A stretch of DNA of 49,965 nt, taken from NCBI RefSeq assembly GCF_001194135.2, contig NC_068991.1:12440801-12490765 (forward strand), given 5' to 3'. This DNA comes from Octopus bimaculoides (taxonomy: Eukaryota). Shown piece by piece: positions 37,394 through 49,910 of this stretch. The notes beneath the pieces were generated by a model, which had not been told where the DNA came from, ran no database searches, and worked only from the letters and a program-made list of their open reading frames with translations. The translations under genes were made by a program, and so were the position numbers. Numbering within the stretch: position 1 is the stretch's first letter; each line of letters starts with the position of its first letter.

Positions 37394-37966
37394 GTCATTG
37401 CATTGGATATTTTTAATACTTTTTCACATCTGGAGTCTAACAGATGTAGACCACTTCCATACATTATAAACTCCATCTCTTCCCTCTCCCTCCTCTCACA
37501 CAGTTACTCCTTCGATCGCTAACTCGCCCATTTACTCAATTACTCGCTCACTCATATACTTAGCTCTTCAATAAGAGAGGGCATTTTGAATAGAAATACT
37601 GGAAAATGAAACTTTGCAAAAACCTTTAGCCTTAATCTTCATAACATTTGTGTTTCCTGAAGACTTATTCGTTCTCTAACTACTACACATGACACACACA
37701 TAGATGCATACGCACATATAAGCTCATAAATATATACTCATAACTGACATATGCTTGTGTGCGTGTTTGTGTGTATGTTTTTGTGTATGTCCGTGTGTAC
37801 GTGTGTATATGCACATATGTATGTATGTATGTATATGTGTGTATTCATATATATATATATATAATATACAAGTATATATATATACATGTGTAGATTTATA
37901 TATATACATACAGACACACACACTCGAGTTATATGAACAGAAGAATTGATAGATATACATACACAT

Positions 37967-37997
<31 letters not shown>

Positions 37998-38932
37998 CAT
38001 ACATACATACATACATACATACATACATACATACATACATACATACATAGATACATAATTAGAGAGATAGATTATATATGTATGATATACACATATATAC
38101 AATATATATATATGTATGCTTATATGTATATATACATATGCGTATGTATGTGTGTTTGTCTGTTTCTGTGAATATATGTGTGTGTGAGTGTGTGTGTACG
38201 TGTGTGTGTGACATGTCCTTACGCACTCGCGTCCTAACCCGCACACACACACACTCAAATACTCACGTACACCTACACCCCTCTCTCTACAATAAACTTA
38301 GTAATGTCAAATAAATCTAAAACTTCTACGCGCCATATTTGATTGTTTTCTTCAACATTTTATGACCTGCGGCAATTTATGCTAAATGTCAAACTATTTG
38401 GATGTAGTTTCTATTAATTGTCACTCTTTATCTCTTTTTCTTCCCAGCGCCCTCTATGTATACATACAGACATACAGACATACATACAATACATACATTG
38501 ACAGATAGTTACTTCTCTCTCTTTATCTCTCTCTCTCCCTCTCTGTCTTTATATGTGTGTGTCTGTGTATCTATTAATCTATGCATTCTTGTTCCTCTCT
38601 TTAAATGGTTTTTCCTATCAATTTATCTAACACTTTTTTTTTCTGCCTATCATTCCATTTGCCTCTCTATCTATCTATTTGTCTGTCTGTCCGTCTGTCC
38701 ATCTTTCTGTCTGCCTATCTGTCGGTCTATCTCTTTACCTATTTACCTTTATCTCTCTCTCTCCCTCTCCCTCTCCCTCTCCCTCTCCCTCTATCTCTCT
38801 CTCTAGTCTTTTCTCTCTGTATTCCTTAAATATTTGTATCCCTTCTTCACCCCTCTTTTTCCCCTCTCTTCCTGATGCTGCACCCACCAGCACATTTCAT
38901 TCTACAAACCAAACCAACCCTCTCATCCCCCC

Positions 38933-38979
<47 letters not shown>

Positions 38980-39830
38980 TCTTTCTACTCCTTTCTCTCC
39001 ATTATGATAAACAAGCCACTTACTTCTTGTTTCCCTTCGGGTGCAATAGGACAGAAAAAAAAAGCTCTCCCAGAAAAAGGAACACCAACAACAATACCAA
39101 CAACAACAACAACAACAGCAGTACCACTATTATCAAAACAGCAGCAACAACACTTCCACACACAATCCCCCACCACAACCACCTCTATCATCACCACCAC
39201 CAACAACAACAACAACAACAACAGCAACAGCATGAACATGAACCACAACAACAGTGACAACAAAGATTTCAAGAAAAACAAAACCATTTCTGATAATAAT
39301 TGTAGAGTATGCTTCGTCTGACGGAGAATTAGCGAAAACTTTAAGCTTCCATATAATAATTGCATCCAGCGATAATAAGAATGATAATACTCATTCAATA
39401 AAACAAATTACCTTTTATTCTATTTTTGCCTCTTTTATATATTTTTGTCTATCATTTTTGTTGATTTTTGTGTTTGTGCGTGGTCTTTTCTTTTCTCTTT
39501 TATTTATTTTTCTTTTTCTATTACAATCATTGTTGCAATGCAGGGGACACAATAAGGGAGCGTCTATAAGATTAACAATGCTTGCTGGACCTCTTGACCA
39601 CAGATATGGCTATGAGACCAATTTCCTCCCCATTCAGTCGTAATTAAAGAAAATATAGAGCGTCCGTACTTAATAAAAAAAAAGAGTAATAATATTTTGT
39701 TATTATTGTTGCTTTTGGATATTTTATATCAATTTATTTATTTGTTGTTGTTTTTTTGTTTGTTTGTTTTTTTTTTTTGGTTCGATATCACTCTCGTTGT
39801 TTCAAACAAGCAAACAAACAAACCAAAAAA

Positions 39831-39905
39831 TGTCTCCACCATTTTGAAATTTGTCAACGCGATGTCCGCCATTTTGAAATTTGTCAAACAGTGTCCACCA
39901 ATTTG
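39831..39905. repeat. 30-bp-period tandem repeat (about 2.5 units)
   Basis: ccattttgaaatttgtcaa at 39839 and 39869; partial third unit at 39892. Confidence 0.9.
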
Positions 39906-40400
39906 TTATCTGTTATTTAATGTCCTCAATTTGTCACCCTTGTGGCAATGAAAGAAGTTCATTGAAAGAAACAATATCTCTTACGCCATTCTATTACATT
40001 CTCTGTTAGAGTGGCTTCGTTAAATCGTTCGAGCATTGTACTTCTTTTTTTAAAGCACAGGGTGTGATTTAAGGAAAAATTGGTAGCACTTTCTATTTTG
40101 GCCGAATGACGACGTAGAGGCTTCTTCAATTATGATGTTGTTGTTTTTGCTGTTTTTTGTTGTTGTCTTACTGCTACTGCTGTTGAATATAAGTAGTCAC
40201 TCGCGTCAGCTAGATGTAGTAGAGAAATCGCCTTCAAATTTTATTCTCTGTAGTTAAAGTTAAATCGTTAGATGCACCAAAATCAGCCAGCAGTAAAACT
40301 CATCTAATGAAAAGCAATTGCTTGCTATAGTAATAGTAATAACACAACAAAAACAACAATAACAACAATGATGATAATAATAATGCAGTACAAGGCATTG

Positions 40401-40706
40401 GCGCTTCCGCAAACCGCCCTATATACCAGATTTAACACCTGCGGATTTCCATCTCTACCCGAAGATGAAAATGCAGCTCAAAGGCCGCCGTTTTAACACC
40501 GTCGTCAAGATCCAGAGCGAATCGCAGAAGGTCCTCGACTCGCTTACAGAAAATGACTTCCAGGTCGGATTCCAAAAGTGGCAGGAACGCTGGAACCGGT
40601 GTATCGCTGCGCAAAGTGGCTATTCCGAAGGAGATTAAAAGTTAGGTAAATAAGTTATTTTTCATTAAACATAACCCGTGCAGGAACCTTTTGATATCCC
40701 CTCGTG
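40401..40706 (+). mobile_element. Mariner (DD34D) right end: transposase C-terminus, stop codon and right TIR
   Basis: 40414-40638 reads PPYIPDLTPADFHLYPKMKMQLKGRRF...FQKWQERWNRCIAAQSGYSEGD*, a YSPDLAPxD-type motif with the third catalytic Asp retained. TIR-like gcaggaaccttttgatatcccctcg at about 40680-40704. Confidence 0.9.
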
Positions 40707-40730
40707 CATATATAAATGAATTTTTATCGC

Positions 40731-40872
40731 TCAGTTTCCTTCAAGAAAATTCCACTCACAAAATATTGGTCACTTAATCTACAGTAGAAGGCATTGGCTT
40801 AAAATGTTCCCAATAAGATCGAACCTGGAAACTCGCTACTGCGAATCGAACATCTTAATCGTTCAGCCATGC
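40731..40872 (-). mobile_element. SINE family B 5' half, degenerate
   Basis: tcagtttcc...ccactcacaa...cagtagaaggcatt...cagccatgc parallels 44535-44689. Confidence 0.6.
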
Positions 40873-41276
40873 TTGTGTTTTGTGTCTATATTGGAAACCA
40901 TTTTGTTCGAATGTGATGGCAAAATCATGGATTAAACAATAAATGATTTTAAATGATGATTTTAAAGCAGATTGAACATCAAAGAGATGGTATTAACGTT
41001 TGTTTAGAATTTTCATCGACATTTTTATGTTAATATTTACAACCTGTTTAGAAATCGCTAAAACACACGAACACATACGTATATCAGTATGTAGGTATGT
41101 ATGAATGTATGAATGTATATACGTATATATGCAATTATTCATGTGAGTGGATTTGTTTGTAGTATACGGTATATATATCTATATTGGCTACATGCATACA
41201 TACATGTACATAAATATATTCATGCGTATATCACACACATATATAATACGCATGCAGAGATATAATATACATAAAG

Positions 41277-41327
<51 letters not shown>

Positions 41328-43375
41328 NNNNNNNNNNNNNNNNNNNNNNNNNNNNNNNNNNNNNNNNNNNNNNNNNNNNNNNNNNNNNNNNNNNNNNNNN
41401 NNNNNNNNNNNNNNNNTATATATACGTAAATGTCGAACAGTGAACGTACAATACCGCATTGGTGGATAAAGATAGACACACGCATATGTAAATGATATAC
41501 ATATGTATACATTCATGAGCATAAATACCTATATACGTACACGCGTACACTTGCACACGCTCATACACACTCGCACACACACGTAGATATAGGCGCACAT
41601 ATAGACAGAATCATACACTGCACCAGAAGGTTGCCGTTGATGATATTCTGAACGTAGTTATAATCTTTCATTATTATTATTATTATTTTATCCTATTATA
41701 TTTGATATATATTTAGTGGAAGTATGGAAAGGTGTGAATGGGTTGCGGTAACTTATAACCTGACATCGGAGAGTTATAACCCCTAATGGGATCTTTTTAA
41801 CATCACTTACATCTGCCTATTCTCAACACTTAGAAAACATTCAAGCGAAAATATGACGAGAGGGAATGAGAACGAGAGACAGACAGACAGACAGAGACAG
41901 ACACGGAAAGAGAGACTAAGAACGGATAAAGATGATTTTTTTTTTCCATTTTAACATTAAAAAAAAAAGAAAGAAAATATATATATNNNNNNNNNNNNNN
42001 NNNNNNNNNNNNNNNNNNNNNNNNNNNNNNNNNNNNNNNNNNNNNNNNNNNNNNNNNNNNNNNNNNNNNNNNNNNNNNNNNNNNNNNNNNNNNNNNNNNN
42101 NNNNNNNNNNNNNNNNNNNNNNNNNNNNNNNNNNNNNNNNNNNNNNNNNNNNNNNNNNNNNNNNNNNNNNNNNNNNNNNNNNNNNNNNNNNNNNNNNNNN
42201 NNNNNNNNNNNNNNNNNNNNNNNNNNNNNNNNNNNNNNNNNNNNNNNNNNNNNNNNNNNNNNNNNNNNNNNNNNNNNNNNNNNNNNNNNNNNNNNNNNNN
42301 NNNNNNNNNNNNNNNNNNNNNNNNNNNNNNNNNNNNNNNNNNNNNNNNNNNNNNNNNNNNNNNNNNNNNNNNNNNNNNNNNNNNNNNNNNNNNNNNNNNN
42401 NNNNNNNNNNNNNNNNNNNNNNNNNNNNNNNNNNNNNNNNNNNNNNNNNNNNNNNNNNNNNNNNNNNNNNNNNNNNNNNNNNNNNNNNNNNNNNNNNNNN
42501 NNNNNNNNNNNNNNNNNNNNNNNNNNNNNNNNNNNNNNNNNNNNNNNNNNNNNNNNNNNNNNNNNNNNNNNNNNNNNNNNNNNNNNNNNNNNNNNNNNNN
42601 NNNNNNNNNNNNNNNNNNNNNNNNNNNNNNNNNNNNNNNNNNNNNNNNNNNNNNNNNNNNNNNNNNNNNNNNNNNNNNNNNNNNNNNNNNNNNNNNNNNN
42701 NNNNNNNNNNNNNNNNNNNNTATTGATTTATCTATTTAGTTTTTCCTTTTTTTTATATATATATATTTTTTATTTTGGAGCTGTACTTTTCAACAAAATT
42801 ATCGTGTGCAAGGAAATTCCACGGTGCTGATGCTGTTGCTGTTGTAGCTGCTGCTGCTGCTGCTGCTGCTGTAACTGTTGTTGCTGATGTTTCTGTTGCT
42901 GCTGTTGATGTTGTTTTTCTTATTGTTCTTCGTCATCGTTTTCCTTTCTCTTTTTCTTCTTCTGGTTCAATTTTTTTTTTTTACTTGGCAGAGCTGCTCA
43001 TGTGATTTATCGTTAATTATACACTTTTACGCATACATATACACATAAATACATACTTACACGCACACTTACATATATATATATATATATATAAACGCAT
43101 AAAGATACACACATATACGCATAACACGCATACATAAACACGTACATGCATACACACATGGACATATACATACCCCCACATGCATATACACATATATATA
43201 AATATACACATACATAAACACATACATACATACATGCATACATACATACATACATACATACATACAGCCATATTGCACGCATACACTCAGATACTTATGT
43301 TGATGTTTGTTTTTATATAACAACAGTTTAACATTAACTTGAAGGATAAAACAATACTTTTTAATAAAGTGCATA

Positions 43376-43434
43376 TCTCTTTTACTCTTTTACTCGTTTC
43401 AGCCATGCAGCTGTGGTCATGCTGGAGCACCACC
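43376..43434 (-). mobile_element. SINE family B 3' end
   Basis: cttttactcgtttcagcc...tgtggtcatgctggagcacc is the reverse complement of the family B tail. Confidence 0.7.
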
Positions 43435-43577
43435 ATGGAATTAACTTTTAGTAGGAAAAATGTTGACTATGATTCCGAAGTCTCGGCTTTCTCGTCTACA
43501 TCAAACTGGTTGAGGAGAGTAAACCGACAGTTGCTCTCAAACTTTTCTTTAAGTAATAGTAAGTTCCTTAAGTAAAT

Positions 43578-43605
43578 GAGTGTGTGTGTGTGTGTATGTG
43601 TGTGT

Positions 43606-43643
<38 letters not shown>

Positions 43644-44460
43644 TTGGGTGTGTGTGTTTGTGTGTATGTGTGTATGTGTGTGCGTGCAATGTTTTTGTTA
43701 ATTTAGAATTCAAATTTGTAATCCCGCCAAATATTAAGANNNNNNNNNNNNNNNNNNNNNNNNNNNNNNNNNNNNNNNNNNNNNNNNNNNNNNNNNNNNN
43801 NNNNNNNNNNNNNNNNNNNNNNNNNNNNNNNNNNNNNNNNNNNNNNNNNNNNNNNNNNNNNNNNNNNNNNNNNNNNNNNNNNNNNNNNNNNNNNNNNNNN
43901 NNNNNNNNNNNNNNNNNNNNNNNNNNNNNNNNNNNNNNNNNNNNNNNNNNNNNNNNNNNNNNNNNNNNNNNNNNNNNNNNNNNNNNNNNNNNNNNNNNNN
44001 NNNNNNNNNNNNNNNNNNNNNNNNNNNNNNNNNNNNNNNNNNNNNNNNNNNNNNNNNNNNNNNNNNNNNNNNNNNNNNNNNNNNNNNNNNNNNNNNNNNN
44101 NNNNNNNNNNNNNNNNNNNNNNNNNNNNNNNNNNNNNNNNNNNNNNNNNNNNNNNNNNNNNNNNNNNNNNNNNNNNNNNNNNNNNNNNNNNNNNNNNNNN
44201 NNNNNNNNNNNNNNNNNNNNNNNNNNNNNNNNNNNNNNNNNNNNNNNNNNNNNNNNNNNNNNNNNNNNNNNNNNNNNNNNNNNNNNNNNNNNNNNNNNNN
44301 NNNNNNNNNNNNNNNNNNNNNNNNNNNNACACACACACACACAGAGTCGTCACCTCCTAGTTGACAATTATTACAAGGGAGATAAGTCCTTCTTAATATT
44401 TGGCGGGATTGATTACAAATTTGAATTCTAAATTAACAAAATATTGCACGCACACACATA

Positions 44461-44520
<60 letters not shown>
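43578..44520. repeat. Inverted duplication across the N-gap at 43740-44329
   Basis: 43682-43739 is the reverse complement of 44391-44451 apart from a 4-bp indel, a 1-bp indel and a substitution. The adjoining TG and CA arrays also mirror each other. Confidence 0.9.
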
Positions 44521-44534
44521 GACATATACATATA

Positions 44535-44689
44535 TACGACGGGCTTCTTTCAGTTTCCGTCTACTAAATCAAGTCACAAGGCTTTGGTCGGCCCGAGGCC
44601 ATAGGAGAAGACACTTGCCCAAGGTGCCACCCATGGGACTGAACCCGAAACCATGTGGTTCGTAAACAAGCTACTTACCACGCAGCCAC
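44535..44689 (-). mobile_element. SINE family B 5' half (head and CORE-like segment, ending in the microsatellite)
   Basis: Reverse complement: gtggctgcgtggtaagtagc...ggttcagtccc...ccttgggcaagtgtcttc...gaagcccgtcgtatata. Confidence 0.9.
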
Positions 44690-44750
44690 AAATATCTGTG
44701 TATATAAATACATATGTGTACGTGGGTGTGACCCTATGTATGTATGCATG

Positions 44751-44794
<44 letters not shown>

Positions 44795-45343
44795 GCTTTA
44801 TTTATATATATATATATATGGGAGTGTGTAAGTGTGCATGCACGTATGAATATGTGTGTGTTCATGTCTGTGAGTGTGTGTGTGTATGTATGCATGTATG
44901 CATGTATGTGTGTATGTGTGTATATATACATTGACGCTGATGAAGGCAACGAAGCGGAAACTTAAAACTCACTGTGGATTTCCTTTTTTTTTTTTTTTTT
45001 TTTTTNNNNNNNNNNAACGAAGCGGAAACTTAAAACTCACTGTGGATTTCCTTTTTTTTTTTTTTTTTGTTCACGTTACAATTAAAATGTGATATTCCAA
45101 TTAAATGTATCGGATAATTCTTCAATTAATGTTTACCACTATTTTCGTAAGTAACTATACATCAAAAACAAACATTAATACATACATGTGTGTGCATGTA
45201 TGTAGGTGTGCGTGTGTGTGTGTCTGCGTGTGTCTGTGTGTGTTTGTGTGTGTACGTGTAAATATATGTTTGTATGCATGGATATAGAGAACGTGAGAGC
45301 TTAGATAGAATGCTGTTAGATTTAAACTAGGCGCAATAAGCGT

Positions 45344-45398
<55 letters not shown>

Positions 45399-45504
45399 TG
45401 TATAGTCGTATGTAATATACACTAACTCGCATATATATATATGTGTGTATATGTATATATGTGTATACATATATATATATATAGACACGTAAACATATAC
45501 ATAC

Positions 45505-45538
<34 letters not shown>

Positions 45539-46308
45539 NNNNNNNNNNNNNNNNNNNNNNNNNNNNNNNNNNNNNNNNNNNNNNNNNNNNNNNNNNNNNN
45601 NNNNNNNNNNNNNNNNNNNNNNNNNNNNNNNNNNNNNNNNNNNNNNNNNNNNNNNNNNNNNNNNNNNNNNNNNNNNNNNNNNNNNNNNNNNNNNNNNNNN
45701 NNNNNNNNNNNNNNNNNNNNNNNNNNNNNNNNNNNNNNNNNNNNNNNNNNNNNNNNNNNNNNNNNNNNNNNNNNNNNNNNNNNNNNNNNNNNNNNNNNNN
45801 NNNNNNNNNNNNNNNNNNNNNNNNNNNNNNNNNCCCACACGAGCATGTACATACAGACACAACGTCATTGCGTGTTGTGCATTCAAGCAGCGCTGTATTC
45901 GGGTTTTACATTTTAGCACCCCAGGGGCGAAAACCTGATACTTAGTCCGACTCACTAACTTTCTAGGAATATATATATATATTCTTGTATTTAGTCGAAA
46001 GAAATCCTTATAATGCCAAGAACGTAATTGGATGAAACCTTTTTTTTCTTTAGCATCACACGCACACATGTGCCTACACATTCACCCACACACATACACT
46101 TACACGCACACACACACACACACACACTCACACACACATACGTATGTGTGCGTGTGTCTGTGTAACTGCTATTGCTTTTATTCTTTTCTTGGAATACGAG
46201 ACATTTGCCGCATTTCTTGAGCATAATTCCGTGGACATTTCGAAATTAGCAGACAGATGTCAATGAAACATAATCTTCAATATAAGAGTTCTCAGCCGTC
46301 CTACCTTG

Positions 46309-46332
46309 CCCCCCATCCCTACCCCTACCCCC
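46309..46332 (-). other. Canonical G-quadruplex motif
   Basis: Minus strand GGGGG-TA-GGGG-TA-GGG-AT-GGGGGG. Confidence 0.6.
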
Positions 46333-47028
46333 ACCTCGCTCCCATCAGTTCCGATATCATGCCATACCGTTATTGATTTAGCCATAATATAACTATAGAA
46401 ATGAAATTACGAATTTCCGTGAAAAATTCCTCTTTGCATTTAACAGGCTTTCCTGAATTCTGACATTTCTGCGAAAACGGAATTATAATTTCTTGTATAG
46501 AATTAGAAAGGAGGCTTGAGTTGTATTATCTTCTTATTTATTTATTCGTTTATTTACTTATTTATTTCAGCACTATAAGGTTGGCTAAGTCGGTTGACAC
46601 CTTTCACTTGCAAGAAAATCTTCATAATCCAGTACTACAAAAGAAAATTAATATCCAACCTACTTTTCTTTTTTTTTTTTGTTGACTTTCAAATCCAATA
46701 GGATTTTATTTGGATAGACGACAATAGAGAAAATAATATTTATAAAGTTTTTTGTTATTTGTCACAAGGACAACAGATGAAGTAGGTAGCATTGTAAGGA
46801 TCTATTCGAAAAAAAAATCTATAGAATGTGGTGTTACGTAGAATTGATTATAGAAAAGTCCAAACCTGGAATATAAAACTATACAAAGGATATAAGCTTA
46901 AGCATGCCAATATTGGTAAATAACTAATTTAGGGTAATCAAGGAATATCACTGATTAGCAGTAGCAACTTATGTTCTCCGGTCTGCAGACGCAAGCTTAA
47001 AGTAGGTCCATTTACCAAACATTCTCAC

Positions 47029-47097
47029 CAAATTTTCAGCAAATTTTACTGGAGTGCAAGAATGCCCACAGCTCTTCACTCTCGCTCCACGACCCAG
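47029..47097 (-). other. Candidate 69-nt phase-0 internal exon (LGRGARVKSCGHSCTPVKFAENL)
   Basis: cattttcttctctaagttccAG acceptor and G|GTGAGA donor; only frame 0 is open. Confidence 0.35.
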
Positions 47098-47202
47098 CTG
47101 GAACTTAGAGAAGAAAATGAGTCTTATATTAAGCTGAAAGAGTCAGTCCTCAGTTTATACAATCTTATCAACCACATAATCTGTTTGCTCTAGCCACTTA
47201 GC

Positions 47203-47290
47203 CACTGGTTTTCAACCATTTGTTGCCTATTGACTTTTCGATTCTTGTTTTACTCCGGTAAACCCTCATAGCCATCCAAAGTTTTTAAAA
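47203..47290 (+). mobile_element. Possible degenerate hAT/Charlie-type MITE left end
   Basis: cactggttttcaacc resembles CAGTGGTTCCCAACC termini; no partner end found. Confidence 0.3.
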
Positions 47291-47616
47291 CTGTATTATA
47301 TTTTTATAATTAATTGTTATTAATATTTGGTGTACTGTAACAATAAAAGCAATTTCTTGCTAATAAATTTTAACCAAAAATTTTACATAGAGTACTATCA
47401 AATTGGTTAATTTGCACTATTTTGGTAATTAAATACTATTATACTCTGGAGGGAATTAAATACTATTATACTCTGGAGGGAATTCTCTAAGACTTATTGG
47501 TTGACTCCTTTGTCTGATTTCAAAATTGCCGGCAACTCGAAAGGAAGCATGAATTATTTCCGTATTTTGAATCACCACATGCTCAATATTTCCATTTGTA
47601 AGATTTTGTATACCAA

Positions 47617-47685
<69 letters not shown>

Positions 47686-47707
47686 CATTATTATTATTAT
47701 TTATATT

Positions 47708-47833
47708 GAGTAAGGTAGCAGTGCATGCCTTCAAAGTGACACTGGGGTACAATTATACAAAGCCCAGTATACACATCATGACTACCCGTCTGATAAGGGT
47801 ACATCAGACTACCTGTGTGATAAGGGTACACCA
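47708..47833 (-). mobile_element. Retroposon family C, short 5'-truncated copy with (TAA)n tail at about 47619-47700
   Basis: gcagtgcatgccttcaaagtgacactggggta...actacccgtctgataagggtac matches 1447 and 24803. Confidence 0.85.
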
Positions 47834-48011
47834 ATTTATTTTACAGAAATGTTATCATCTGTTGGTATTGATACATCAATTAGAAAGCATTTTTTTTAAA
47901 AATGATCTCTGATAACTATATCTGGCCTATTGGCCTTAATTTCTCTTTGTATGCCATGCATATATCCCTTCTTTTCCATTGTATACAATATATATAAACC
48001 CCCAGACTTTA

Positions 48012-48305
48012 TGTCTGTCTTTGTATTGTTCCCCTCATCTTTCGCCCTTGTGGCAAATAAATGAAATCATTATTATTATTATTAATACTAAGGCGGCGAG
48101 CAAGCAGAGTCGTTAGCGCGCTGGACCAAATGCATAGCGGTATTGTGTCCATCTTTACGTTCTTTGAGGTCGACTCTGCTTTTTTCTTCATTTCGGAGTT
48201 GATGAAACAAGTACCAGTTGAGCACTGGTGGGGGATGGATGCAGTCGACTAACCCCTCCCTTCAAAATTTCGGGCCTCGTGTCTATAGTAGAAAGCATTA
48301 TTATT
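48012..48305 (+). mobile_element. Family A tail fragment (48012-48068), ATT tract, then a family A copy lacking the B-box (48089-48305)
   Basis: taaggcggcgagcaagcagagtcgttagcg...gttctttgaggtcgac...tagtagaaagcattatt. Confidence 0.82.
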
Positions 48306-48774
48306 TTTTACGTTGTTGTTCTGGATGGTGGTACTATTGTTGTTTTTGATGTTGTTGGTCTATGTATTGCTTTTTTTATATATTTATTATTTTCTTTGTA
48401 TTGTCTTCAAAAATATGTATTAAAAAAAATCAAATTTATTAATATTATTAATAATTTTATTATTATCATTATTATTAATACTATTCTTCTTGTTGTTCTT
48501 ATAGTAGTTGTTGTTGTGGTATAATCTCTTTAGCTCTTTATTCTATCACATACATAGCTCGGTTGATAATATCGCACCGCCACAGCGGAACGTCACGCTC
48601 CGCTCCTGTCCCACCTCGTACCGTAAACCGTCTCAGCCCGACATGCCGCGGCCCATTTCACCCCACCACTCCACCCTATACCCCCACCTGATAACAATCC
48701 CTATTATCTCTCCACAACCATGTACAATAAAGCCACTCATTAAACACACACACATACACACACACACACACACG

Positions 48775-48808
<34 letters not shown>

Positions 48809-49822
48809 NNNNNNNNNNNNNNNNNNNNNNNNNNNNNNNNNNNNNNNNNNNNNNNNNNNNNNNNNNNNNNNNNNNNNNNNNNNNNNNNNNNNNNNNNNNN
48901 NNNNNNNNNNNNNNNNNNNNNNNNNNNNNNNNNNNNNNNNNNNNNNNNNNNNNNNNNNNNNNNNNNNNNNNNNNNNNNNNNNNNNNNNNNNNNNNNNNNN
49001 NNNNNNNNNNNNNNNNNNNNNNNNNNNNNNNNNNNNNNNNNNNNNNNNNNNNNNNNNNNNNNNNNNNNNNNNNNNNNNNNNNNNNNNNNNNNNNNNNNNN
49101 NNNNNNNNNNNNNNNNNNNNNNNNNNNNNNNNNNNNNNNNNNNNNNNNNNNNNNNNNNNNNNNNNNNNNNNNNNNNNNNNNNNNNNNNNNNNNNNNNNNN
49201 NNNNNNNNNNNNNNNNNNNNNNNNNNNNNNNNNNNNNNNNNNNNNNNNNNNNNNNNNNNNNNNNNNNNNNNNNNNNNNNNNNNNNNNNNNNNNNNNNNNN
49301 NNNNNNNNNNNNNNNNNNNNNNNNNNNNNNNNNNNNNNNNNNNNNNNNNNNNNNNNNNNNNNNNNNNNNNNNNNNNNNNNNATTTACTCATTCAAAACCA
49401 TGCAGATTTCTTCTCACTCACAAATCTACACACACACACACACACACACAAAAATACAAAATCACAAACACATACAGACCCCCCACATGCAGACACACAT
49501 ACACAGACACACACACACACTCAGACACAAACTCACACACGCACGCACACACACACACACACACACCAACACCTTCTGCGTTCCCTGCGTTCCCTTCGTC
49601 TCGCTACAACAGTGTTTATAACTAGATTTCGCTCCCTTCCGGGTCAGTAAACAGCCACAGAAAGAACACCACAGCACCACGCAGACCATTATTCTTCGTA
49701 CGATTCTGCCAGAATCTTAATCCCTTCCAAATGCCAAATACGTTTGCATTTTCCTTTAATTTCGTTTAGTGTCTAGTTATTGGTGGTTTTTCCCGTTATT
49801 ATTGTTTTGCTTTCTTTTATTT

Positions 49823-49875
<53 letters not shown>

Positions 49876-49910
49876 CCAGAAGCAGCAGTAATAGTAGTAG
49901 TAGTAGCAGC

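Larger units (their letters stand above)
1808..49380. other. 19 assembly gaps (N runs), about 7.6 kb in total
   Basis: Directly visible; most are flanked by TA, TG/CA, CT, T or trinucleotide repeats, as in short-read scaffolds. Confidence 0.97.

Noticed and set aside
44948-45068. Direct repeat aacgaagcggaaac...ttcc(T)n on both sides of an 11-N gap
   Set aside because: Identical unique sequence differing only in poly-T length; most likely unmerged overlapping contig ends.
192-49689. Dozens of ORF-track entries rich in YI, CV, HT, poly-I/L/S/R/N or X
   Set aside because: They are translations of microsatellites or N-gaps, with no recognisable domains or splice support.
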